Positions 20,939 to 30,180 of a DNA stretch of 64,000 nucleotides are shown here, piece by piece. Below the pieces are notes generated by a model. That model worked only from the letters and a program-made list of their open reading frames with translations. It searched no databases and was not told the origin of the DNA. Source of the stretch: an uncultured archaeon (GTDB taxonomy: Archaea > Asgardarchaeota > Lokiarchaeia > Sigyniarchaeales > SOKP01); assembly GCA_964486045.1 (NCBI GenBank), contig CAZALK010000001.1:840242-904241 (forward strand), written 5' to 3'. Within the stretch, counting starts at the first letter, position 1. Every line of letters begins with the position of its first letter. The position numbers and the translations under genes were made by a program.

Positions 20939-21175
20939 TCATTTTAATCCTGCAAAAATCCAGTCATCTTCATTTCTATAGAGAATATTAAAATCAGAAT
21001 AAAAATCTGTTTGAAAATCCATATTAGTAAATTTTGATAAAAATAAGAAAGTTTTAGCATTTAGGTGTATTTTAGAACAAATTATTGGTATGGATTTTTC
21101 AATTATAATTAAATTCTTTTTTGACTGATTCTGGTTAATATAATAAATTTTTTTTAAAATATCTTTGATTTTCAT
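20939..21175 (-). pseudogene. Chimeric small ORF ending in the membrane-family C-terminus
   Basis: The last ~30 aa (KFTNMDFQTDFYSDFNILYRNEDDWIFAGLK) match the paralog C-terminus. The first ~47 aa are unrelated. Confidence 0.75.
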
Positions 21176-21211
21176 TATATTTTAAACTTCTCCGTTTTTT
21201 AAAGGATATAA

Positions 21212-22339
21212 TTAGTAATTATACAGTTCCCTTTTTATTATTTCAACAATTCTCTTAGCCGTTTTTCCATCCCATTTTTCTATATTGCTTCCTTTTTTAT
21301 GTTTATTTAGAACAATTTTGTTTAAATGTATCTTTATTTTCTCAATATCATTCCCTACTAAGTTATTTGTACCTTTTTTAATTGTAATCGGTCTTTCCGT
21401 ATTTTTTCTCATGGTAAGTACTGGGATTTTAAGATATGATGCTTCTTCTTGGATCCCTCCAGAATCTGTAAAGATTAATTTTGAATTTATCATTAAATTT
21501 AGAAACTCGTGATAACCAACAGGATCGGTTATTAAAATATTTTTATTTTCAAGATTTTGAAGTAATTCGAATTTGATAAGATTCTTTTTAGTCCTAGGAT
21601 GAATTGGAAAGATTATTTTAATAATTTTCCCAATGTAGTTTAAAATCTCGACAATTTTTATCAAATCCTTTTTGTTGTCAACATTTGATGGACGATGAAG
21701 AGTTACAAGAACAAACTGCTTTTTTTCTAAATTGAAATTTTTATAAAACTCAATATCTACTGCTCTAACTAGATTATTAATAAGATTGTCAATCATAATA
21801 TTACCTACAAAAAAAATTCTTTTTGAGTTAATTCCTTCTCTTATTAAATTTACTTTCGCGCTTTTCTCTGTAATAAATAAAAAATCTGCTAGCTGATCTG
21901 TTAAAATTCGGTTTATTTCTTCAGGCATCTTTACATCAAAACTTCTTAAACCGGCTTCAATATGAGCAACCTTAATGAATAATTTTTTTGCTACTAAAGC
22001 ACATGCTATAGTTGAATTGACATCCCCAACAACAATTACCAGATCAGGTTTCTGTTCTAAAATTATTTTTTCAAATTCTATCATAATCTTTGCTGTTTGT
22101 ATGGCATGGCTTCCTGATCCTATGTTTAAAAAATAATCTGGTTCTTGAATACCCAGATGATCAAAGAAGATTTTAGACATATTATAATCATAATGCTGTC
22201 CTGTGTGTATTAATTTAAAATCAAGATTTTGATTATTCAATTCCTTAATGATAGGACTAATTTTCATGAAATTTGGCCGGGCGCCTGCGATAATATAGAT
22301 CATTCTATTCATTTTAGATCTTTTTAAAAAAACTTTCAT
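21212..22339 (-). CDS. wecB: UDP-N-acetylglucosamine 2-epimerase (non-hydrolysing)
   Basis: GARPNFMK, HTGQHYD, HIEAGLRSFD..MPEEINR, DSGGIQEE. Confidence 0.95.
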   Translation of the reverse strand: MKVFLKRSKMNRMIYIIAGARPNFMKISPIIKELNNQNLDFKLIHTGQHYDYNMSKIFFDHLGIQEPDYFLNIGSGSHAIQTAKIMIEFEKIILEQKPDLVIVVGDVNSTIACALVAKKLFIKVAHIEAGLRSFDVKMPEEINRILTDQLADFLFITEKSAKVNLIREGINSKRIFFVGNIMIDNLINNLVRAVDIEFYKNFNLEKKQFVLVTLHRPSNVDNKKDLIKIVEILNYIGKIIKIIFPIHPRTKKNLIKFELLQNLENKNILITDPVGYHEFLNLMINSKLIFTDSGGIQEEASYLKIPVLTMRKNTERPITIKKGTNNLVGNDIEKIKIHLNKIVLNKHKKGSNIEKWDGKTAKRIVEIIKRELYNY

Positions 22340-22479
22340 TTAAAATGATTTTTAATTGATTTAATAGAAGTTAAAATAATTCATTAATTTAATTATCTTT
22401 AAATTTATAACTCATAACATTATAACTCAGTATCATTTTGAGATATAAATATATTAGTAGACTTGTAAATTATTTGTAA

Positions 22480-22571
22480 TAATTCTTCATAGGCAGTTAG
22501 CCCGATAATAACAACAGAGTTTTGGAATAATGCACTAGATTTATAGAAATGACAATATTTATACCGATCAT
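22480..22571 (-). pseudogene. Collapsed 5' remnant of the 18888-20726 asparagine-synthase-like gene
   Basis: atgatcggtataaatat.. vs atggtcggtataaatat..; YKSSALFQNSVVIIGLTAYEE vs YKSRVLFQNSNVIIGSTAYKE. Confidence 0.8.
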
Positions 22572-22574
22572 TAA

Positions 22575-23372
22575 TTATATTGATTTTAATTCTGCAAAAA
22601 GCCAATCATCCTCATTTCTGTGTAAAATATTAAAATCAGAGTATAAATTTGTTTGAAAATCTACATCAGTAAATTTTACATTAAATAACACATACGAAAC
22701 ATTCATAAACTCAATATCTCCTTTAAATTCGATGTAATCAGTGGAATTTAGATAATGTGTAGAATTACAATCAAAAATATAATATATTTTTTCTAAGTTT
22801 TCTACTTGTATTAAAGCAGACAAGAAGTGAATATATTCATCATCCTGATTCTCAACACGTAAAATTTTTTCTGCATACAATGGATTTTCATCGAAGTAAT
22901 TACCAGCAAACAAAACAACATCTGTTTGCCTATCAGTAAAATAATAACGCGTCCATTCTGATGTTCTTGGATAATTAAGATTATAATAAATTCCATATAG
23001 GAAAATAATTGACATCATGAGAAATGCGTTAGTAATTCTTTTTATCGATTTCTTTTCTATAATTTTTCTAATTCCTCTATTGTTGACTATTTTTTAATTT
23101 AATTTAATTTTATAAATTGATCTTTTCGCTAAAATTATAATAAATACAAAAGGGAAAACAAACAGTATAACCCAAAATCCAGAGAATAATTTAATTAGAC
23201 GTATGAGGTAAAGGTCCATAAATGCATTAATCCTTGGGAGAAAATAGATAATAAATTCAATATATAAATTAAAATTATTAAAATAAAAGTATATTTAATA
23301 AATCTAATTAAATATCTCTGTTTTTTATTGAAGTGAAGGAATTTATAAACTGGAATAAAAATTCCGATGACT
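22575..23372 (-). pseudogene. Truncated 3' third of a fourth membrane-protein paralog
   Basis: ORF 22575-23018 plus upstream homology (VIGIFIPV..NKKQR..IRFIK; LFSGFWVILFVFPF), with a frameshift and an in-frame TAA near 23096. Confidence 0.88.
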
Positions 23373-23480
23373 TTCCAAACTATTATTGTTTCTAATTTCC
23401 TTTATTTTTGAATTCTTTGAGTAGTGTTATCGTGACACCAAAAAAAGAACAATAACTTGTTTATTTAATTTCCAAATCAG

Positions 23481-24830
23481 TTACAAAGTAGAATTTAGAG
23501 TTTCTACAATATTATAAGGGAAATATTGGCCTGTTCTTCCAATTAAAGAGATTTTTGAAGTTATCTTTTTTAAAGCTTCTTTTAAACGAACTATCTCTTT
23601 GTTATAGTCAACAAACAGTAAAGGATACGCTTCCTCGTAATAATTACTTCCTAAATATTTTATTTCTGATTTTCTTAAATTGTACAATGAACAAAATTGA
23701 TTTAAAGATTTTTTAATTAATTCAGAAGGATTAAGGATCTTTTTGTCTAATGTTATTTCTAGACAGGCGGAAGTTTTATTTTTTGGAGTCATAAACGGAC
23801 TAATTTTATTTGGCTCATAAATTCTATGAAAAAGAATATTCGGTATCATAATATATGATGCGTGTACTTTATCACCAAGTAAGTCTTTTTTATTAATACT
23901 TATATTTATTGTAAGTAATTTCCTATATTTTAATTGATTATAATTCTTTAATTTTAAAATATTGATAAGATCTAAGATTGAAGCTGCCCAGTATATTTTA
24001 TCAAATACTTCAGTATAAACATTTTTTCCGTACATGTATTTTATTCTAATGTTATCGTTATATAAGGTTAAATCTGTTATCGTAGAGTTTGTTTTAATTA
24101 TTCCATTATTTAGTATAATACCATCTTTCAAGAAATCAATTACTCCCTTACATCCATATTTGGGGTAAAGATATAAATTATTAAGCTTTAATTTATCCTT
24201 TTCCGAATATTTTGGGTTAACCCTTTTATGCGTATTTGAATTGAAACCTTTTTGGATTATTGATTCAAGATTTTTTTGGATTGTATGTCTAATTCGTGGG
24301 GGTGTGACTCTAGCTCTAAAATCTTTAGATATATTTGAAATTTCAAAATCCCAAAAATTTGACATGAAAGGATACATGTGATCTTGATAAAATTTTGATC
24401 CCCATGAATTAATCAATGAATCTTCAAGATTTTTTTCTTTAACTTTATGTTTTGAAGTGTTTAAGTAAGAAATAATAAATTTTATCATAGATAAAATATT
24501 ATTAAATTTGAGATTTTTAATAATTCTTAAATCTGGTGGAAAAACTAGATCAAAACCAGGTTTTAATTTTATATTAACTTTGATTGGGAGAGGTATATTT
24601 ATTGAATTCACTCTTTCACACAAATCATTCCATATCTTGTGAAATCTGGGGGGTATATGTGGACCTACATCAAAATAATACGATCCATTTCCATATTCAA
24701 ATTTGATTGTATGTAATTGTCCTCCTAAATTCTCCGTTTTTTCCAATATCTGGACATAGTGTCCTTCTTTCAGTGATGAATATGCTTTATATAAACCCGC
24801 TATGCCTGCTCCAATTATTAAAATGCGCAT
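23481..24830 (-). CDS. FAD-dependent oxidoreductase (UDP-galactopyranose mutase / HemY-like family)
   Basis: GAGIAG..EK...LGG, FDVGPH, YP.YG, AYP, GRTGQYFPYN. Confidence 0.75.
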   Translation of the reverse strand: MRILIIGAGIAGLYKAYSSLKEGHYVQILEKTENLGGQLHTIKFEYGNGSYYFDVGPHIPPRFHKIWNDLCERVNSINIPLPIKVNIKLKPGFDLVFPPDLRIIKNLKFNNILSMIKFIISYLNTSKHKVKEKNLEDSLINSWGSKFYQDHMYPFMSNFWDFEISNISKDFRARVTPPRIRHTIQKNLESIIQKGFNSNTHKRVNPKYSEKDKLKLNNLYLYPKYGCKGVIDFLKDGIILNNGIIKTNSTITDLTLYNDNIRIKYMYGKNVYTEVFDKIYWAASILDLINILKLKNYNQLKYRKLLTINISINKKDLLGDKVHASYIMIPNILFHRIYEPNKISPFMTPKNKTSACLEITLDKKILNPSELIKKSLNQFCSLYNLRKSEIKYLGSNYYEEAYPLLFVDYNKEIVRLKEALKKITSKISLIGRTGQYFPYNIVETLNSTL

Positions 24831-25095
24831 TTTATGAAACTCCTTAAGCTATCTAATTTACTCTTACTTAAATTCTCTCAGTTATTTTGTAGTAACTATC
24901 TTTACTATAGGATATATAATCTTTTAGCAAGAAAATATAATGAAAAATATGGAATACACAAAGTTTGAGCAATGTACTAAAACAATATATTTCAGTTAAG
25001 AGTCGCCGAAATTTTTGATTGCATTAACCTACGATTATTTCGAAATTATTATGGTTATAGAAGCTGAAAGTTATGAGATTTACCTAACACATTAA

Positions 25096-27321
25096 TCATT
25101 TTATTTTTATAAACATCCAACCATCCTCATTTATATATAGAATATTAAAATCATTAGTGAGATTTGTTTGAAAATCTACATTAGGAAATTTTATAGTAAA
25201 TAAACCATAAGAAATATTCATAGCCTCAAGATTTCCTTTAAATTCAAGGTAATCCGTGAAATCCAAAATATCGTCAGAAGTATAATCAAAATTAAAATAT
25301 CTTTTTTTTAAGTTTTCTACTTGTATTATGTCATACAAGAAGTGATAATATGGTCCGTTCTCAACAAGTAATATATTTTCTTCATCCAATGGATTTTCAT
25401 CGAAGTAATTTCCAGCAACCAAAACAACATCTGTTTGGCCTTCATCAAAATAATGAGTTGACCATCCTAACGTTCTTGGATAATTAAGAGTATAATAAAT
25501 ACCACTTAGGCAAATAATTAATATCGAGAAAAATGCGTTAAAATATCGGTTTATTAATTTCTTTTCTTTAATTTTTTTAAATCCTCTTCTGATGGCTAAA
25601 ATTTTATATAATCTAAATTTCCTAACTATTCTCTTCCCTATAATTTTTCTAAATCCTCTTTTGTTGGCTAATTTTTTATATATTATAATTTTCCTAATTA
25701 ACCTCTTCACTAAAACTATGATAAATACAAAAGGGAATAAAAATATTATAACCCAAAATCCCGAGAATAATTCAATAAGACGTATGAGGTAGACTTCCAG
25801 AAATGGTTTAAGATTCTGGGGAAATTTGATCCATTCCTCCGCCATATAAATTAAAACTGTAAAAACAAAACTAAATTTGATAAATCTAACTAAGTTTTTC
25901 TGTTTCTTATTTAAGTGAAAGAAATAATTAACTGGAATAAAAATTCCGATGATTATAAAAATTATGCCCGACCCAAAAATCCAAGAAAAATGGACAATAT
26001 TAGTGTTTCTAACTGGGGTAAAAATAAGTTTAAAAATGTCTAACTCAAAATCTCCCATTTTTGTGTTATATAAAAGGTCTTCAGCCATTTTAATAAACAT
26101 TTCTCCAATCTTAAAGATACCAGATAATGGGTCATAAAGATATAAAGGTTTAAAATAAAAAGAATAAGCATCCCACAAGGCATTACCAAAAGTCAATGAG
26201 TAATATATAAGATAAGGGAGCATCATCACGAAGAAAATTGATAAAATTGAAATAAGTTGTAGAAAGAATTGTCCTATATTGATTAATTTAAATGTCATAT
26301 TTGATCTGTTTCTTATTAGTGTTATAATGAAGGAAAAAATCTCAAATAAAAAATAAAAAATTATGTAATAAAGTCCATACAGAGGATGAGCCATAGTTAT
26401 CCCAGAGAGGATAATCCCTCTTGTTAGTATGTTTTTAATCTTAAATTTCAAAAAAAACTTTTTTCTTAATTTATTTTCATTTGAGAGCATATTTACAATA
26501 GATCCTTCTTTAAGCGTTAATATAAATAGGAATCCTAATGTAGTACTTAAGGTTGAAGGTACCAGCATGGAAAAACGATAAAAATAATATTGATTACTTA
26601 AAAAGAGTAGTAAAGCACAGAAAATTATAATTTTTTTTTTAAAAAAGAATTTTAAAATTTCATATAAAGCAATTAAATTTATAACTGTTAGGAAAAATGG
26701 CAAATATTTGCAAAAAAAAAATGCATTTAGAAAATTATCATTCAATGAGATTAAGCTTGAGGTGAATAATACAAATCCAGGAGGGTATACTCCAACCAAA
26801 TCAAAATTTAATGACCTATTATTATGGATAGACCAAACTTCTCCAAACCATAAATAAGGGTCAATACTAGGGTAGCCTATACGTTGCCATATGATAAACA
26901 TTTGAAATATATAGAGAAGCACAAAAATTACGGCTAGCATTAAGAAATTTGAAATATTGCTTTTTAAAAGAAGGAACATTTTTTTCCAGGTAACTGCTTT
27001 TATTTTTTCCTTCAGTTTTATATTATTTTTCTTAACCCTATAGATTATGAAACATATATCTATTACTATAAAAGGTAAATATATTGTTAAAACATTAAAT
27101 ATCTGAAAAGTGATTATGATAAGTAAGTAAAATACATGAAGACAAACACCTATAGCAAAAGATATTAATATAAATGAAATTTTACTCCCTCTCTCGATTC
27201 TTTTTTTACTAATAAGTAAAAAGCCAATAGAACCAAATATTGAAAAAATAATAAAATAAGCGAAAAATTGGAGTATTGTAATTATGAAATATCCTTCAAT
27301 AAAAAGTAAATTTAAAATCAA
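25096..27321 (-). CDS. Polytopic membrane protein, GT-C-like, tandem paralog C
   Basis: YPSIDPYLWFGE..YPPGF loop, many TM helices, soluble C-terminal domain. Confidence 0.7.
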   Translation of the reverse strand: MILNLLFIEGYFIITILQFFAYFIIFSIFGSIGFLLISKKRIERGSKISFILISFAIGVCLHVFYLLIIITFQIFNVLTIYLPFIVIDICFIIYRVKKNNIKLKEKIKAVTWKKMFLLLKSNISNFLMLAVIFVLLYIFQMFIIWQRIGYPSIDPYLWFGEVWSIHNNRSLNFDLVGVYPPGFVLFTSSLISLNDNFLNAFFFCKYLPFFLTVINLIALYEILKFFFKKKIIIFCALLLFLSNQYYFYRFSMLVPSTLSTTLGFLFILTLKEGSIVNMLSNENKLRKKFFLKFKIKNILTRGIILSGITMAHPLYGLYYIIFYFLFEIFSFIITLIRNRSNMTFKLINIGQFFLQLISILSIFFVMMLPYLIYYSLTFGNALWDAYSFYFKPLYLYDPLSGIFKIGEMFIKMAEDLLYNTKMGDFELDIFKLIFTPVRNTNIVHFSWIFGSGIIFIIIGIFIPVNYFFHLNKKQKNLVRFIKFSFVFTVLIYMAEEWIKFPQNLKPFLEVYLIRLIELFSGFWVIIFLFPFVFIIVLVKRLIRKIIIYKKLANKRGFRKIIGKRIVRKFRLYKILAIRRGFKKIKEKKLINRYFNAFFSILIICLSGIYYTLNYPRTLGWSTHYFDEGQTDVVLVAGNYFDENPLDEENILLVENGPYYHFLYDIIQVENLKKRYFNFDYTSDDILDFTDYLEFKGNLEAMNISYGLFTIKFPNVDFQTNLTNDFNILYINEDGWMFIKIK

Positions 27322-27445
27322 AACAGAACCACTTTTACCTTATAATATTAAAAGAAAAAATTTAAAAGTTGTTATTAGGGGATTTAGTTGTCATTGATAA
27401 TTGACCTGATTTTAGAAAAAATGAGTTAAAGAATAAAATTCTAAA
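27322..27445 (-). promoter_or_regulatory. Conserved upstream region of paralog C (TATA-like TTTTAAA, GTGGT RBS-like)
   Basis: The same elements occur upstream of all three paralogs, about 40 nt before the TTG start. Confidence 0.5.
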
Positions 27446-27579
27446 TATTCAGATTTATGTTTCTTTAAATATTATTTTCATTAATAAATTTCAAATCTCT
27501 ATAATTGTTATTTACAAGAAAATCATCTAAATAGCTTGAGAATTATGCATAGAAAATGGGGACTTGCCCCCAACATGTA

Positions 27580-27641
27580 GAATATTTTTTTACTAATTCT
27601 GAATAATTCTTCAATTTCAAAATTTCCATGAAAGATGATAA
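27580..27641 (-). pseudogene. Degenerate copy of the flippase 3' end in the array spacer
   Basis: Reads LSSFMEILKLKNYSELVKK vs flippase LSFFIEILKLKSYTESVKN. Confidence 0.75.
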
Positions 27642-27660
27642 CTATCTAACACATTTTTGT

Positions 27661-29841
27661 TCATATAAATTTTGCAAAAATCCAATCATCTTCATTTCTA
27701 TATAGAATATTAAAATCAGAATACAAATTTGTTTGAAAATCTTCGTCGGTAAATTTTACGTTAAATAAAACATATGAAACATTCATAAATTCAATATCTC
27801 CTTTAAATTCAATGTAATCAGTGGAATTTAAATAATGCGTAGAATTAAAATCAAAGATATAATAGTCTTTTTCTAATTTCTCCACTTGTATTAAGTTAAA
27901 TAAAACGTGAATTAATACTTCACTCTGATTCTGAATAAGCATTATTTTTTCTTCACCTAGGGGATTTTCATTGAAGTAATTACCAGCAAACAAAACAACG
28001 TCTATTTGGCTATCATCAAAATAATAACGTGTCCATCCTAATGTTCTTGGATAATTAATAATATAATAATAACCACTTAAGAAAATAATTGACATTACGA
28101 GAAATGTGCTAGCAAATCTTTTAATTAATTTCTTTTCATTAATTTTTGAAATAGTTTTTTTCTTGGCTATATTTCTACTTAATTTGATTTTACAAATTGA
28201 TCTTTTCACAAAAATTAGAATAAATGCAAAAGGAAACACAAATAATATAACCCAAAATCCAGAGAATAATTCAAATAGGCGTCTGAGGTGCAAATCTAAA
28301 AACGCGTTAATTCCTGTTAGAAAATAGGTAACATCATTTGGTAAAACATCGATAATACCCCTTAACAAATAAATTAAAAATGTTAAAATAAAGGTAAATT
28401 TAATAAATCTAACTAAAATTCTCTGTTTTTTATTTAAGTGAAAGAATTTATTAACTGGAATAAAAATTCCGATGACTATAAAAAATATCCCTGTTCCAAA
28501 AATCCAATAAAAATGTGCGATATTACCAATATTGATGGAAGCAAAAAAAATATTAGGAAAATAACTCTCAATATCATATATTACGGGAAGAGTTAAAAGA
28601 AATTCAGCCAAATTAAAAAAAAATTCTCCAATCTGAGCAACACCAGGTAACGGGCCAAAAAGATATAAAGGTTTAAAAATAGAAAATACTTCAATAAAGG
28701 AATAACCTAAAAACAATGAATAAAATACGATATAAGGAAGCAACATCACTAAGAAAATTGAAAAAATTGAAATTAGTCGTAGAAAGAAATGTCCCATATT
28801 GATTTTTTTTAGCTTTCTATTTATCTTTCCCTTTTTTAATCTTATAAGGAAATATAATATTTCAAATAAAAAATAAAAAATTAAGTAATAAAGTCCATAT
28901 AGAGGGTTAGCCATAGTTATTCCAGAAAGGATAATCCCTCTTGCTATAATGTTTTTATTCTTAAAATTTAAAAATACCCTTTTTCGCAATTTAATCTCAT
29001 TTGAGAGCATATTGACAATTGATCCTTCTTTAAGCGTTAATAAAAATAGGAATCCTAACATTGTACTTAAGGTTGAAGGTAACAGCATTGAAAAACGATA
29101 GAAGTAATATTGATTACTTAAGAAGAGTAGTAAAGCACAGAAAATTATAATTTTATTTTTAAAAAAGAATTTTAAAATTTCAAATAAAACAATTAAATTT
29201 ATAGCTGCTAGAAAAAATGGCATGTATTTGCATACAAAATATGCAATTAGAAAATTATCATTAAATGAGATTATGCTTGAGGTGAATACTACAAATCCAG
29301 GAGGATATACTCCAAAAGCCTCAAGATTCAGTGTGTTATGCTTTTGGATATTCAAAATTTCTCCAAACCACAAATAAGGGTCAATACCAGGGTAACTTAC
29401 ACGTTGCCATAGAATAAACATTTGAAATATATAGAGCAGTACAATAATTGTGGCTACCATTAGGAAATTTGGTATATTGCTTTTTAAAAGAATTGAAATT
29501 TTTTTCCAGCTAACTGTTTTTAATTTGTCTTTTAGTTTTACTTTACTTTTCTTGAAGCAATAAATTATGAAACATATATCTATTATAATAAAGGGTAAGT
29601 ATATTGTAAAAAAATTAAATATCTGAGAAGAAAATATGATGAATGAATAAATTATATGAAGACAAACTCCTATAGCAAAAGATATTAATACAAATGATAT
29701 CCTATTCCATTTCTCCGGTCGTTTTTTACTAAAAATTAAAAAACCAATAGATCCAAATATTGAAAAGGTAATAAAATAAGTGATAAATAGGAGTAGTGCA
29801 ATTATGAAATATACATCAGAAGTAAGTATATTTAAAATCAA
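27661..29841 (-). CDS. Polytopic membrane protein, GT-C-like, tandem paralog B
   Basis: YPGIDPYLWFGE..YPPGF, full-length similarity to its neighbours. Confidence 0.7.
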   Translation of the reverse strand: MILNILTSDVYFIIALLLFITYFITFSIFGSIGFLIFSKKRPEKWNRISFVLISFAIGVCLHIIYSFIIFSSQIFNFFTIYLPFIIIDICFIIYCFKKSKVKLKDKLKTVSWKKISILLKSNIPNFLMVATIIVLLYIFQMFILWQRVSYPGIDPYLWFGEILNIQKHNTLNLEAFGVYPPGFVVFTSSIISFNDNFLIAYFVCKYMPFFLAAINLIVLFEILKFFFKNKIIIFCALLLFLSNQYYFYRFSMLLPSTLSTMLGFLFLLTLKEGSIVNMLSNEIKLRKRVFLNFKNKNIIARGIILSGITMANPLYGLYYLIFYFLFEILYFLIRLKKGKINRKLKKINMGHFFLRLISIFSIFLVMLLPYIVFYSLFLGYSFIEVFSIFKPLYLFGPLPGVAQIGEFFFNLAEFLLTLPVIYDIESYFPNIFFASINIGNIAHFYWIFGTGIFFIVIGIFIPVNKFFHLNKKQRILVRFIKFTFILTFLIYLLRGIIDVLPNDVTYFLTGINAFLDLHLRRLFELFSGFWVILFVFPFAFILIFVKRSICKIKLSRNIAKKKTISKINEKKLIKRFASTFLVMSIIFLSGYYYIINYPRTLGWTRYYFDDSQIDVVLFAGNYFNENPLGEEKIMLIQNQSEVLIHVLFNLIQVEKLEKDYYIFDFNSTHYLNSTDYIEFKGDIEFMNVSYVLFNVKFTDEDFQTNLYSDFNILYRNEDDWIFAKFI

Positions 29842-29960
29842 AACTGAACCACTTTTTATCTTATAATATTATAAGAAGAGATTTAAACGTTGTTATTATG
29901 CAATTTAGTTGTCGTTACTAATAGAACTGTTTTTAGGATAAATGAGCTAAAGAACAAGAT
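29842..29960 (-). promoter_or_regulatory. Conserved upstream region of paralog B
   Basis: aataacaac-TTTAAAT (29881-29897) and GTGGT upstream of TTG, shared with paralogs A and C. Confidence 0.5.
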
Positions 29961-30089
29961 TCGAAAGATATAGATTTGCATTATGCCATACATTATTTTC
30001 CTATATATATTTCAAATCTCCACCATTGTCATTAAAAAAAAATCCTCTGAATATCTTAAGAATTACACTTAGTAAATAGAAACCTGCCC

Positions 30090-30163
30090 CTAACTTGTAA
30101 ATTCATTCTTAACTGATTCTGTATAACTCTTCAATTTCAAAATTTCAATAAAAAATGATAAAT
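30090..30163 (-). pseudogene. Copy of the flippase 3' end in the array spacer
   Basis: 30099-30163 matches 33587-33651 at 61/65 nt and reads LSFFIEILKLKSYTESVKNEFTS*. Confidence 0.9.
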
Positions 30164-30180
30164 ATCTTTCACATTTGTAT

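Noticed and set aside
20921-27650. GTTAGRT motifs (minus strand) just after the stop codons at 20939, 25096 and 27661, resembling integron attC core sites
   Set aside because: No paired RYYYAAC or attC-like hairpin at the right spacing, no integrase in the window, and the motif is explained by shared ancestry of the duplicated 3' flank.
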